Virus record (IMG/VR): IMGVR_UViG_3300009093_000036 | Span: 64,001-128,000 of that record | DNA length: 64,000 nt | Origin: a virus | Direction: 5' to 3' (one strand) | Part shown: positions 27,355 through 36,112 of the stretch, one piece after another | How the letters are laid out: the number at the start of each line of letters is the position of its first letter | Position numbering within the stretch: position 1 is the first letter of the stretch | The notes under the pieces: model-generated | Told to the model about the DNA's origin: nothing | What the model saw: only the letters and a program-made list of their open reading frames with translations | Databases searched by the model: none | Position numbers and translations under genes: made by a program

Positions 27355-28144
27355 GTCCCTCCAGTTGCTTGCGAAGGTCTGGGTGTCGTCTATCTGGGCG
27401 CTCGTTGCTGTCGGGGTTGAGGATGTAGATCTGTGCCCTCCCCGATTTTTCGTTCTTCTCGACCACCCAGCCCGCATCCCGCCACGTCTTGAGCGTCATG
27501 CGGGCCTTGGCGAAATCCTTGTAGGTCATGCCGCCCGCACGATCGAGCGCGATGCAGAACTTGACCGCATTGATCTTCCAGGTGCTCACCGAGCTCGGCG
27601 ATGCGATGCCAGGTTCCACCCAGAAGTGGACCTCCGGCAGCTTCAGTTGCTTCTTGAACTTGGTCCGCTCCCCGAAGCCGAGCATGTGATCGAGGTTGTT
27701 GCGCTTCTTGTTCCACTGCGCGTCATGCCCATCAAAGTGGTCGTAGATGTAGAAGAAGCCGTACCCCAGCTTCTTGATCATCTCCTCCAGCGTCCGTTCA
27801 CTATCCGTACGCGACTTCCCCGGCACCAGCGCGACGACGTAGTCGGGGCCGGGGTAGTGGGTGTGGCGTGTGGACTGCAAGAGCTGACCACACACCTCGA
27901 CGTTCAGCTTCATCTTGGCCTGAACCCCGATCTGGGTACCGGAGGCCACCCCCGAGGTCGAGCACCCCTCCTCAGCGACGAGCAGCATGTCGAAACGCGA
28001 GTTTGGGTACTCCGGGATCACCTTCCACCCCGCGGCGATCGCTTGCTCGATGAACTCGTAGCAGAGGGCCTGCTCCGGAGCGCAGTGAGCAAGCTCCGGA
28101 GGAGGGGGTTGATAGAAGTCAGGACGCTTCTTCGGCTTCGACAT
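27290..28144 (-). CDS. PD-(D/E)xK-like nuclease-fold protein
   Basis: IPEYPNSRFDMLLV...QIGVQAKMKLN. Confidence 0.45.
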   Translation of the reverse strand: MSKPKKRPDFYQPPPPELAHCAPEQALCYEFIEQAIAAGWKVIPEYPNSRFDMLLVAEEGCSTSGVASGTQIGVQAKMKLNVEVCGQLLQSTRHTHYPGPDYVVALVPGKSRTDSERTLEEMIKKLGYGFFYIYDHFDGHDAQWNKKRNNLDHMLGFGERTKFKKQLKLPEVHFWVEPGIASPSSVSTWKINAVKFCIALDRAGGMTYKDFAKARMTLKTWRDAGWVVEKNEKSGRAQIYILNPDSNERPDRRHPDLRKQLEGHEEKEEGVLEAPKDGEDVLGD

Positions 28145-28694
28145 ACTTCATCTTGAGCAGACGGCATGCGATCTGTCGAGCGATTCGTTGCACCATCTGG
28201 TCTCCTCTCCACATCTTGACGGCCAGATAGACAACCCTGGCCGTGATGTACTCACGACGAAGATTCTGTGAGGTGCTCAAGATCAGCTTGAAGACGTCGT
28301 AGTGAAGACCGAGGTACTCCAACACCAACATCGTGACGGCCGCGGCTTGGTGCTCCTGGGTGTTCGAGACGACCGTCCCCAGCTTCTTCGTCTTGACGCT
28401 GATGACGGTAGCCAGGTACTTGGTTTCCCACGGCACACCTAGCAGGCTGGCGTGTGCAAGCTCGTGGCTGATCATCTCCGTGTAGTACGGATAGTCCGAT
28501 CCCGCAGTCTGCGAGCCCTGGAGCTTCCCGCACCTCAAATACTTCAGCAGCCTCTTCGAGCGCAGCTCCAACTTCTTGACACTCAGCCCTGGAAGCAGAC
28601 GACCTTGGGTCAGAAGAACAAGGTCTAGCCGCCCTACTCCATCATCAACGTGAGGAAGTACTGCCGGCAAGACCAGCGCCGAGTTGAAGTCCAT
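28119..28694 (-). CDS. HExxH (ImmA/IrrE-like) protein; start uncertain
   Basis: ISHELAHASL...QEHQAAAV. Confidence 0.55.
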   Translation of the reverse strand: MDFNSALVLPAVLPHVDDGVGRLDLVLLTQGRLLPGLSVKKLELRSKRLLKYLRCGKLQGSQTAGSDYPYYTEMISHELAHASLLGVPWETKYLATVISVKTKKLGTVVSNTQEHQAAAVTMLVLEYLGLHYDVFKLILSTSQNLRREYITARVVYLAVKMWRGDQMVQRIARQIACRLLKMKYVEAEEAS

Positions 28695-29013
28695 CGACGA
28701 TTCCTTGGGCGAAGCCTTCCGCCTTTTCGAGCGGACCGCTGTAGACGACCTGGCTCTGGTTGTCGGCGAGCTTCATGAAGAGCTCTTCTTCGTTCTCGTC
28801 ACCCGTGATCTGGTTCGCTTCGGTGATCAGCGTGACCTCGACCAGCCCGAGCTCGCCCATGAGGTTGGAGCCGTTGCGGTGGAGCGACACCACCATGTAC
28901 GGCGTCTTGTCCCCGGTGCGGATGGACTGGTAGTTCATCTCCTTGTGGAAGAAGAAGTCCTTGAAGGAGGTGTCCCAGGTCACCTTGCCGCGAGTCCAGA
29001 TGCTTTCCGTCAT
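28645..29013 (-). CDS. hypothetical protein
   Basis: start MTESIW. Confidence 0.65.
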   Translation of the reverse strand: MTESIWTRGKVTWDTSFKDFFFHKEMNYQSIRTGDKTPYMVVSLHRNGSNLMGELGLVEVTLITEANQITGDENEEELFMKLADNQSQVVYSGPLEKAEGFAQGIVDGLQLGAGLAGSTSSR

Positions 29014-29231
29014 GCGCTCGCCCTCCACTCCGTGGGGTCTTCCCCGTTGCGCCACGCCTTGCGCTCGTTGCGAAAGTGCCTGGCGTATCCGCGCATCCCG
29101 TGATGGGTACGGTGGATGATGTTGGTGTTGGCACCGAGACCGATGCCCCGCGTCGGAGGCTCTTCGATCGCAGCGGCGTACGCCCACTCGCTCCAGGTCA
29201 GCCCTTCCTTGTTCATTTGCTCGGAGTTCAT
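29010..29231 (-). CDS. hypothetical protein
   Basis: WSEWAYAA...AWRNGEDPTEWRA. Confidence 0.7.
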   Translation of the reverse strand: MNSEQMNKEGLTWSEWAYAAAIEEPPTRGIGLGANTNIIHRTHHGMRGYARHFRNERKAWRNGEDPTEWRASA

Positions 29232-29536
29232 GTTGCCTCCACGAACGCTTCGTTGACCTCAACGAGGGCGCTCTGTCCTTCCGACCACTTGTTGCGGCAC
29301 CACACTTCCTTCATGCCGCGTGGTGTCTCCTCTTGCGGGCTGCCCTGCAAGAACCACGGCAAGAACATGTCGAGGCCCCACAGCAAGAAGGGACCATCCT
29401 TCACCTTGTAGGAGTAGCGACCCTTCTGGATGATGCGCATGTGGCACACCTCGCCGCCCTTGATGCCGATCTCAAGGACAGTGAAGTCGTCATCACCAAG
29501 TACATCATCAGAGAACCTGATGCGTAGCGTCTTCAT
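29228..29536 (-). CDS. hypothetical protein
   Basis: GGAG-CAACATG start MKTLRI. Confidence 0.6.
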   Translation of the reverse strand: MKTLRIRFSDDVLGDDDFTVLEIGIKGGEVCHMRIIQKGRYSYKVKDGPFLLWGLDMFLPWFLQGSPQEETPRGMKEVWCRNKWSEGQSALVEVNEAFVEAT

Positions 29537-29622
29537 GTTGCTCCACGAACCCCCGGTACGAAGCCGGGCTGCATCGATGCCGGCCCACGTACTGGGATCC
29601 ATCGCTCCAAGTTCATCCACGA

Positions 29623-29805
29623 CTAGCCTTCGGTGCTCCACGAGCACTTCTGTTGGAGGACCTGGGCGCGCTGGTCACCACCCTCGGGCTCGAAGCCGCC
29701 CTTGTTCCTCCACGCCCAGTAGTCGACGTACGCCTCCTGCGCTTCGTCCTCATCCCCTGCCTCGATTGCAGACTCCATGCGGTCCAGGCATGCCTTCGGA
29801 TCCAT
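29623..29805 (-). CDS. hypothetical protein
   Basis: MDPKACLDRM...W..KGGFEP. Confidence 0.7.
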   Translation of the reverse strand: MDPKACLDRMESAIEAGDEDEAQEAYVDYWAWRNKGGFEPEGGDQRAQVLQQKCSWSTEG

Positions 29806-29809
29806 CTCT

Positions 29810-30025
29810 CTACTCCTGGAGCAGGTATCGCCGCCCCTTGTCGTCTTCCCCGATGATCGCCGTGGGTGGCCAGTCCTTGCTCGTCGCAAGAACTACTTGA
29901 ATGCCAGCGCCTGCATAGAAAGCGAGGTCTTCGGAGAACTCCACTTCGCCATCAGGCAGCTCCTTGGCGAAGCGTCCCCAGATCCCGCCGCCTACAAGGA
30001 GCTTGACCAGCCTCGGCAAGTTCAT
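29810..30025 (-). CDS. hypothetical protein
   Basis: start MNLPRL. Confidence 0.6.
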   Translation of the reverse strand: MNLPRLVKLLVGGGIWGRFAKELPDGEVEFSEDLAFYAGAGIQVVLATSKDWPPTAIIGEDDKGRRYLLQE

Positions 30026-30588
30026 CACGCCTCCGCGATCTTGATGTCGGCCATCGGCTCGAAGCCATTGATGTCGACGGTGATGGTGTCGGGGAAGTGG
30101 CTCATCACGAACTCGATGGTGTCCGCCCGAGCCGCCTGCACCATGTCGTCGGTGATGTTCCTGAAGTTGTGCGGGTTCGTGTAGGGCTTCGGCTCGAACT
30201 TGCCAGCCTTCACGAACTCCTCCTGCCTGAGCTCGCAGCTCCCCTCGAAGAACACCGACAGAGCAGCAACGGGCCATCCATCATTCAGAAGAGCGAGCGC
30301 CATCCCGACGAGCTGCTCTTCCTTCGGCCCCTCATCCTCCTCATCAAAGAAGTCGGGAGTGCTGTAGGTGCCCGCGGTGGCCGTCTTCGCGACCTCGCAG
30401 ACGATGTTGGCGAAAGAACGATCGCTGTCCTCGGACAGCACAGTCGCAAGGACACAGCCCACGGCGCATCGGGGACAAGTCTCGGGGTTGGAGCTGATGG
30501 GCGTCATCCACTCACCCGGCCTCAACCGGAAGAGAGGTTCCTTCGCCAACGCCTCGGCGACTTGCTGCTTCGTGATGATGACCTTCAT
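30025..30588 (-). CDS. hypothetical protein
   Basis: 187 aa; CPRCAVGC. Confidence 0.7.
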   Translation of the reverse strand: MKVIITKQQVAEALAKEPLFRLRPGEWMTPISSNPETCPRCAVGCVLATVLSEDSDRSFANIVCEVAKTATAGTYSTPDFFDEEDEGPKEEQLVGMALALLNDGWPVAALSVFFEGSCELRQEEFVKAGKFEPKPYTNPHNFRNITDDMVQAARADTIEFVMSHFPDTITVDINGFEPMADIKIAEA

Positions 30589-31253
30589 GCTGCCTCGACT
30601 TCGTTGCCCCAGCTCGTCCAGCCGGGAAGCTCTCGACGTGCGAACATCTCCAAGTACGGGCCTTTCGACCGCGCCTCGATGAGCTCGTACGTCGCATCTG
30701 GTTTTCGGGAATGGATCCGCTTGTTGTTCGCATCCCTCGGCACTGGTGCGAAGAACACCGAGGGGATGTCGCGCCTGCCACTGTAGACGCTGGGATCGAG
30801 GCCCTTGCCTCGAACACCGAACAGCATCATCTCGTGGGCACCACGTGCGTACTGGCCGATGCCGTAGCGCAGCTCGATGTCAGCTCCGCAGTCGCAGGCC
30901 AGGTTCACCTTGCTCGCACAGTGCGGAGGATGCTCCAGCTCCACTGCGAGGCCGGTCTCGAAGTCCAACTTCTTGGGCTTCCCCTTCACCTTCGTCCACT
31001 GGAAGGTGCGGATGAACTCGAAGCCCAAGTTCTCCATCAACCAGAAGCCCTGCTTCATGAAGTTGTCGGTGACCCACATGAACATGTGGGCGTTGTCCTC
31101 GAACTGGAAGTAGGGGCACTCGCTCACCACCTCCAAGATCTTGGGGGTCGGCAAAAGAGGATAGTGGCGCTGGGCACCACGCACGCTCTTCCCGCCACCT
31201 CGCTCCATCCATGGCGGATCGAGCTGCACGGTTCTGAACTTCTCATTTCTCAC
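30585..31253 (-). CDS. MT-A70 family N6-adenine methyltransferase
   Basis: LDPPW, HMFMWVT, HSRKPD, YLEMFARRELPGWTSWGNE. Confidence 0.92.
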   Translation of the reverse strand: MRNEKFRTVQLDPPWMERGGGKSVRGAQRHYPLLPTPKILEVVSECPYFQFEDNAHMFMWVTDNFMKQGFWLMENLGFEFIRTFQWTKVKGKPKKLDFETGLAVELEHPPHCASKVNLACDCGADIELRYGIGQYARGAHEMMLFGVRGKGLDPSVYSGRRDIPSVFFAPVPRDANNKRIHSRKPDATYELIEARSKGPYLEMFARRELPGWTSWGNEVEAA

Positions 31254-31410
31254 GTTCGACCCACTTCCGGAAGGTTCGATCGTTGTGGCTCTTCCGGGCC
31301 GCACGATCGATCCGCTCCCTACGCTGTCTGTCTGCTTCGTTCTTGGGAGGGGTCTTGCGCTCCCTCGTCTTAGGAGGATCGAGTTCGTGATCGTTGTGTC
31401 CCATGATCAT
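31243..31410 (-). CDS. small basic hypothetical protein
   Basis: coupled starts. Confidence 0.5.
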   Translation of the reverse strand: MIMGHNDHELDPPKTRERKTPPKNEADRQRRERIDRAARKSHNDRTFRKWVEREK

Positions 31411-31700
31411 GTTTCCTCTGGAACGCACTTGCAGTCCTCGGGGTGCTTGCCGCACCCGCGGCAGGACACGCGAGCGACGCATGTACCACAGATGTAGTGG
31501 CCATCACTCTCACAGCCGTGAGGCCCACCGTTCGGCTTTCCGTTGATGTAGTACTCGCAGGGGAACTGCGGGTCGCGGATGCCATCGACGTAGTAGCCCT
31601 CGCCGCTGATGGTGGCGAGGCGGAGCTTCTTCTTGCTGAGCTCAGCCTCGCCTTCAGCGATCTCTTTCTTCAGCTTCTCTATTTCGGTGGGGTCAGCCAT
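31407..31700 (-). CDS. Cys-rich hypothetical protein
   Basis: FPCEY...GCESDGHYICGTC...CRGC...CKC. Confidence 0.7.
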   Translation of the reverse strand: MADPTEIEKLKKEIAEGEAELSKKKLRLATISGEGYYVDGIRDPQFPCEYYINGKPNGGPHGCESDGHYICGTCVARVSCRGCGKHPEDCKCVPEET

Positions 31701-32230
31701 CCCGGCAACCTCTGGTCGTGCTTGCCGAGCTCGGCCACCATCTCTTCGATGTCGTTCAAGCTCAGGCTCAGCGCTCTGAGCCAACTACGAAAGTAGCCCT
31801 CCAAGACATCCTGCTCGCTTCGCGAGATGTGCTGATAGAGGTGGAGCTTGGCGTCTCGGAAGTTCTGGACCTTGTCGACACCCAACATCAGGTTCACCTC
31901 GGGCACCGGGCTCAAGATGGGATGCCGGTCGATGTACATGGCGTCCTTCGTGAGGTACGAGTTCGCCGAGGCCCTGTACTCCATGGCCAGTGCGACCACC
32001 ATGAAGTTGACGCCATGAAGGAGAGATGCTCCGTGCCCCTTCATCAGGGGAAGGAACTGCTCATCCAACTGGAAGAGAGGATGCAAGCACCACGCCCCCT
32101 GGACCACAGGGCTTGCCTTCAGATGCCGAAGCAGGTGCAGGCCCTGGTCGATGTGGCGGATGTAGGGGAGACCTGTACGCTTCGCCTTCTTGTACCTGAA
32201 CACGGACTCGATGATGTCGTACTCGATCAT
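31679..32230 (-). CDS. degenerate HD-domain (SpoT/Mesh1-like) protein
   Basis: KAKRTGLPYIRH...CLHP...VDKVQN parallels R.G.PY..H...LHD...ADK..N. Confidence 0.55.
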   Translation of the reverse strand: MIEYDIIESVFRYKKAKRTGLPYIRHIDQGLHLLRHLKASPVVQGAWCLHPLFQLDEQFLPLMKGHGASLLHGVNFMVVALAMEYRASANSYLTKDAMYIDRHPILSPVPEVNLMLGVDKVQNFRDAKLHLYQHISRSEQDVLEGYFRSWLRALSLSLNDIEEMVAELGKHDQRLPGWLTPPK

Positions 32231-32550
32231 GGGTAGCCTGCCCTCACGTTGAAGTCCTTCAACAACTCCTCCACCTTGCGACGCACCTCACGGAGCTCCT
32301 TGCCAGGCCTCCCCTCGAACCACAGGTCATGAACTTGATTCCAGTACCGCTTGGAGGCGTAGAACCTGACCGCCGGCGATGAGGCGAGGATACCTCGTGC
32401 CGCGTTCAACGCAGCTTCGAGTTGCTTCTCTTTCTCGGAGTTCTGCGCAGGATAGCTCGGGTTGTCGTAGAGCAACCCGACGTGGATGATCCTCGTGTTG
32501 CGGCCCGTACCTTCGAGCTTGCCATCGCCATAGTAGGGCCAGGACTTCAT
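32227..32550 (-). CDS. hypothetical protein
   Basis: 107 aa ORF. Confidence 0.65.
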   Translation of the reverse strand: MKSWPYYGDGKLEGTGRNTRIIHVGLLYDNPSYPAQNSEKEKQLEAALNAARGILASSPAVRFYASKRYWNQVHDLWFEGRPGKELREVRRKVEELLKDFNVRAGYP

Positions 32551-32984
32551 CTTGCGAGTTCCTCTCTTCGAGCGTACGCCAGCATGAGGTCCACCGCTGA
32601 CTTGGCACGCTTCGACTCGATGAACTTGAGGGCGTACTTCTTCGTCTTCTCGAACGAAACGACAGGAACACCGAAGTGCTCTGCCTCTTCGATCGAGAGA
32701 AGGAGCGCTCGGTCGAAGCTCAGTAGCTGGTGGATGGTACCGAGACGTTCACACATCAGGCGCTCTACAGCGCGTGCCTCCACCTCGTTCCACCATCGGT
32801 CCAGGCCCGTGAAGCGCTCCTCGATGACGTCGTTCAGGTTCTCTCGCTGAAGCATGCCTCCACCCGGCAGATAGATCCCGCACGTGAGGGCGTGGTAGAG
32901 CTCGTGAGCAGCGTCCTGATCGTTGCGAACCTGGTACCCGCTCCTCCGTATCGTCTCTGCGAACGAAGGGAAGAAGCTGGTCAC
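32547..32984 (-). CDS. hypothetical protein
   Basis: 145 aa ORF. Confidence 0.65.
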   Translation of the reverse strand: MTSFFPSFAETIRRSGYQVRNDQDAAHELYHALTCGIYLPGGGMLQRENLNDVIEERFTGLDRWWNEVEARAVERLMCERLGTIHQLLSFDRALLLSIEEAEHFGVPVVSFEKTKKYALKFIESKRAKSAVDLMLAYARREELAR

Positions 32985-33544
32985 AGGTCTTCTGCAAGCG
33001 AGAGGAGCAACGCCTCGAACGACGGACTGGAGTTCCCGAAGGCGTCACCGGGGTACTCCGCCGACCATCTGCTGTTGGGGTTCCCGGTCTCGCTCTTGTG
33101 CAACGAGAGGTACTTCTTCTTGCTGTCGATCTTCTTCACCGCCTCCATCAGCAAGGACATCCGCTCCAGCTCCTTCACCTTCTTCTCGAAGAGGGCATCA
33201 TCCATCGAGTCGTCGCAGCGAAGACAGCCGATGCGTCCTGGGCCGGGACGTGTGAGTGGGGTCCGGCAGAGCCAGCAACACCCGAGGTCCTCTTCATCGG
33301 CGAGCTCCAGGAAGGCTTTCCCGAGCTTCTTCAGCTCCCCCTTGTTGAGAACGACGAAGCCGCACTCGGCGCGCAGCTCGAAACACTCCGGCTCCTCGGA
33401 GCTTTCCTTCAGCAAGATGTCGGGAGAGACCGGACCCTCTTCGACCTTGCGGTCCTCGAACTGTTCGAGGTTGATCATGACTTGCGTGATGGGTGCGTTT
33501 GCCCGCTGAACCCACACGTTCGAGAGACCTCTGTCAGTGCCCAT
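32981..33544 (-). CDS. hypothetical protein with CxxC pairs
   Basis: CWLC...CLRC. Confidence 0.65.
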   Translation of the reverse strand: MGTDRGLSNVWVQRANAPITQVMINLEQFEDRKVEEGPVSPDILLKESSEEPECFELRAECGFVVLNKGELKKLGKAFLELADEEDLGCCWLCRTPLTRPGPGRIGCLRCDDSMDDALFEKKVKELERMSLLMEAVKKIDSKKKYLSLHKSETGNPNSRWSAEYPGDAFGNSSPSFEALLLSLAEDL

Positions 33545-34313
33545 AGTTGAACCCCAAGTGGTACTGCCCGTCGGACAGCGTGACGATGAAATCGTGGCTG
33601 CCGCAGCAGCCGTGCTTCTTCTGTCTCATGTAGCGATGATGGTGCTGACGATCGCCCACCCTCGCCACCCTCATGTTGTCGACGCACGTAGCGCCCATGT
33701 CGCTGATCTCGTGCTCGAAGGCGCGTTCGATCTGGCCCAGCACGTGAGCATAGGTCCTGCGCCAATCGAGGCGGTTCTGCTCCTGGTGAACGGCGAACCT
33801 CTCCTCGCTGATCTTCTGCATCATCTCGTGCATCACGAAGCCGGGGACCTCCTTGCGCATCTCTGCGTAGTAGGCCTTGTAATCGAACCCGCGCTCGTGC
33901 TTGAGATGCCGCACCCACTGGCTCAGCACCTTCCCCGGCCGCAGTTCATGACGCGAGTGCATCACGTTGATGCGGAACGGGGTCCGGTGCTTGTAGTCGA
34001 GCTTCAGAAGGGTGCCGCGCTTCAGCCCCATGTTGTTCTCGATGACCTTGAAGTCAGCCTCCGGCATCCCCACCGACCTCGTCTGAAGCCAGATCCCCGA
34101 GGGCATCAGGATCCTCGCCATGCAGTTCTGGGGCTCGTGCGTCTTGACGTCAGCGAAGACGAGGATGTTCCTTGTATGCTCGTCCCAGAGCCACCGCATG
34201 GTGTGATGCGTACTGGGCGTCTGCCCGTAGTGCGCGATGTGCCACGACAAGTGGTCCCAGCGATCGATCCGTTCTTGCAGCTCTGCCGAGACGTAGGTGA
34301 CGACCGGCAGCAT
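33534..34313 (-). CDS. hypothetical protein
   Basis: 259 aa; C-terminal GCCGSHD...GFNYGH. Confidence 0.7.
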   Translation of the reverse strand: MLPVVTYVSAELQERIDRWDHLSWHIAHYGQTPSTHHTMRWLWDEHTRNILVFADVKTHEPQNCMARILMPSGIWLQTRSVGMPEADFKVIENNMGLKRGTLLKLDYKHRTPFRINVMHSRHELRPGKVLSQWVRHLKHERGFDYKAYYAEMRKEVPGFVMHEMMQKISEERFAVHQEQNRLDWRRTYAHVLGQIERAFEHEISDMGATCVDNMRVARVGDRQHHHRYMRQKKHGCCGSHDFIVTLSDGQYHLGFNYGH

Positions 34314-34501
34314 CAGCCGAACTTCTTGATGAGTCTGGCGAGGGTCTTCACCATCTTCATGTCACCGACGCCGTGGTACTCGATGCGAGCACCCTTGCCC
34401 TTCGAGGAGGGGCGGGTGTCGAAGACGATCGCGATCAAGGGCTTCTTCTCCTTCTTCGCGCGCTCGACATCATCTTTGTGGAAGCGGAAGCGGTTCTTCA
34501 T
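34313..34501 (-). CDS. small basic hypothetical protein
   Basis: ATGA overlap. Confidence 0.55.
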   Translation of the reverse strand: MKNRFRFHKDDVERAKKEKKPLIAIVFDTRPSSKGKGARIEYHGVGDMKMVKTLARLIKKFG

Positions 34502-34662
34502 TTCTCCAGGCCTTCCATGCGAAACCGCAAGTCTTCGAGTTCGCTGATGATCGCTTCGAGCTCGTCTCCGGGTAAGCACGTCGTGCCACCGCCCTGGAGT
34601 TGAGCCTCCTTCTTCAGCACGGCGAGGCGGACCTTGGAGAGCTTCTTCACTGGAAGGGGCAT
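34498..34662 (-). CDS. hypothetical protein
   Basis: AAGGAG RBS; start MPLPVKK. Confidence 0.6.
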   Translation of the reverse strand: MPLPVKKLSKVRLAVLKKEAQLQGGGTTCLPGDELEAIISELEDLRFRMEGLEK

Positions 34663-34684
34663 CTCCTTGGTCTCGTCATCCTCT

Positions 34685-34789
34685 CTAGCCACGGCGACCA
34701 CCCCCAATGCTGAGCATCGAGGAAAGCCCTGGAGCACGACCATCCGCTTCCATGTCGACGCTGAAGTACATCTCTCTGATCATGTTCAT
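34685..34789 (-). pseudogene. 5' remnant of a DEDD 3'-5' exonuclease gene
   Basis: MIREMYFSVDMEADGRAPGLSSMLSIG, then a G5 run and a premature TAG. Confidence 0.6.
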
Positions 34790-34811
34790 CTCCAGGGCGA
34801 AACGACGCCCT

Positions 34812-34833
34812 TCTAGTTGATGATAGGGGTTTC
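34812..34833 (-). promoter_or_regulatory. candidate phage promoter
   Basis: AGAAACCCC-TATCAT-CAACTA-G, hexamer 34820-34825. Confidence 0.6.
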
Positions 34834-34837
34834 TGCC

Positions 34838-35050
34838 CTATGCGGGCTCCCCGGCCTCCAACCACTCCACGTACTTGGCGATGAGGGCGTTCATCGCCTC
34901 CGGGGAGTCCCCGAGCTGCTCGCCACCCTTGAGGCCCAGGTTGCCATCCACGTTCTTGTTCGCCCACTCCGTCCCCATGAACTTCATGAAGCGGTGCAGG
35001 TGCGTCTTGACGTCGCTGTCGAGCTCAACCTTGATCAGTCCCATGACCAT
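34838..35050 (-). CDS. hypothetical protein
   Basis: AAGGAGG RBS. Confidence 0.65.
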   Translation of the reverse strand: MVMGLIKVELDSDVKTHLHRFMKFMGTEWANKNVDGNLGLKGGEQLGDSPEAMNALIAKYVEWLEAGEPA

Positions 35051-35074
35051 CCTCCTTCTTCGCGATTCTCGGCA

Positions 35075-35821
35075 TCAGACACCCTCTTCCACGACAGCGA
35101 GGTACTTCTCGATGTAGTTGCGGTCCGCCGAGAAGATCGGCGGGTTGTTGTCGACCACCCAGCGCGAACGCTGAGCCAGCCCGACCTCGTACGTCTCCTT
35201 GATGATGCAGCGACCCCGCTTCAGATGCGTGGGGAGGTCGTTCCAGTTCTCACCGGCTTGGTGAATCATCTCCTGGAGCTCGGAGTTGTTCTTCTTGTGG
35301 GTCTGCTTCTGCGAGTAGTGCTGCCTCGCCATCATCTGAACGGAGTTGCGCGTCCAGTCCTGCTGACGCCACAGGAAGTAGTTGACGACCTCGACCTCCG
35401 GCACCACCCACACACGGCTGTCGAAGTACGCGGGCTTGTAGATGCCCGGACCCCACAGCGTTGGGGACAGGAGCGTGAAGGTCGCGGCTGCGATGGAGGC
35501 CGACACGCTCACCATCTTCTGGATGGAGTTGTCGAACCACGCCTGCGTCCCGTACTTCTTGTAGGGATGCAGGAGCAACGAGATCTCGTCGCTCTGGACG
35601 AACGCGAACTGAACGGTCTGGAGCTCCTTGCAGAGCGTGATGGCGGTCTGGTTCATCGCCTCCAGGAGGTTGGGATCGAAGGAGGGCAGCCCACGCGTGT
35701 AACTGTGGAAGGCCTTGCCATCGATACGAACGAGGGTCGGCATCCGCGGCACCAGCGAGGAGCGGGGCTGACCCTCGTACATCTTCATGCGATCGCCGAG
35801 TGCGTCACCGGAAGACATCAT
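35075..35821 (-). CDS. thg1: Thg1-like tRNA(His) guanylyltransferase / 3'-5' RNA polymerase
   Basis: LGDRMKMYE, RIDGKAFHSYT, QSDEISLL, FDSRVW, YFLWRQQD..RNS. Confidence 0.93.
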   Translation of the reverse strand: MMSSGDALGDRMKMYEGQPRSSLVPRMPTLVRIDGKAFHSYTRGLPSFDPNLLEAMNQTAITLCKELQTVQFAFVQSDEISLLLHPYKKYGTQAWFDNSIQKMVSVSASIAAATFTLLSPTLWGPGIYKPAYFDSRVWVVPEVEVVNYFLWRQQDWTRNSVQMMARQHYSQKQTHKKNNSELQEMIHQAGENWNDLPTHLKRGRCIIKETYEVGLAQRSRWVVDNNPPIFSADRNYIEKYLAVVEEGV

Positions 35822-36112
35822 CTACTCCGTGAACTCGACCCGCGTGAGCAGGTAGTTGATGACGTCCTGCATCGTCTCCTGGGTCGTCTCGCCCGCAGAG
35901 AAGAGCTCGGCATCAGGGATGTCCATCTCGAACTGCTCCTCGAAGTCGAGGATGATCTCGATCAAGGCAAGGTCGTCTGCCCCGAGGTCATCGACGATCT
36001 TCGATGCGGCCGTGACCTTCTCGCGCTCGACATCGAGCTGACGGCAGACGACCTCGTAAATCTTCTCGATGTACGCGGCCTGAGTGCCACCCATCTTCTT
36101 CGTGTTCACCAT
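35822..36112 (-). CDS. acyl carrier protein homologue lacking the Ppant serine
   Basis: VVCRQLDVEREKVT.ASKIVDDLGADDLALIEIILDFEEQFEMDIPD...TMQDVINYL; DSL replaced by DDL. Confidence 0.85.
   Translation of the reverse strand: MVNTKKMGGTQAAYIEKIYEVVCRQLDVEREKVTAASKIVDDLGADDLALIEIILDFEEQFEMDIPDAELFSAGETTQETMQDVINYLLTRVEFTE

Noticed and set aside
31831-31840. CTC-TATCAG inside the HD-like gene (also at about 21725 and 28110)
   Set aside because: These lie in coding sequence, lack the downstream GAT-R spacing and RBS, and are probably chance matches.
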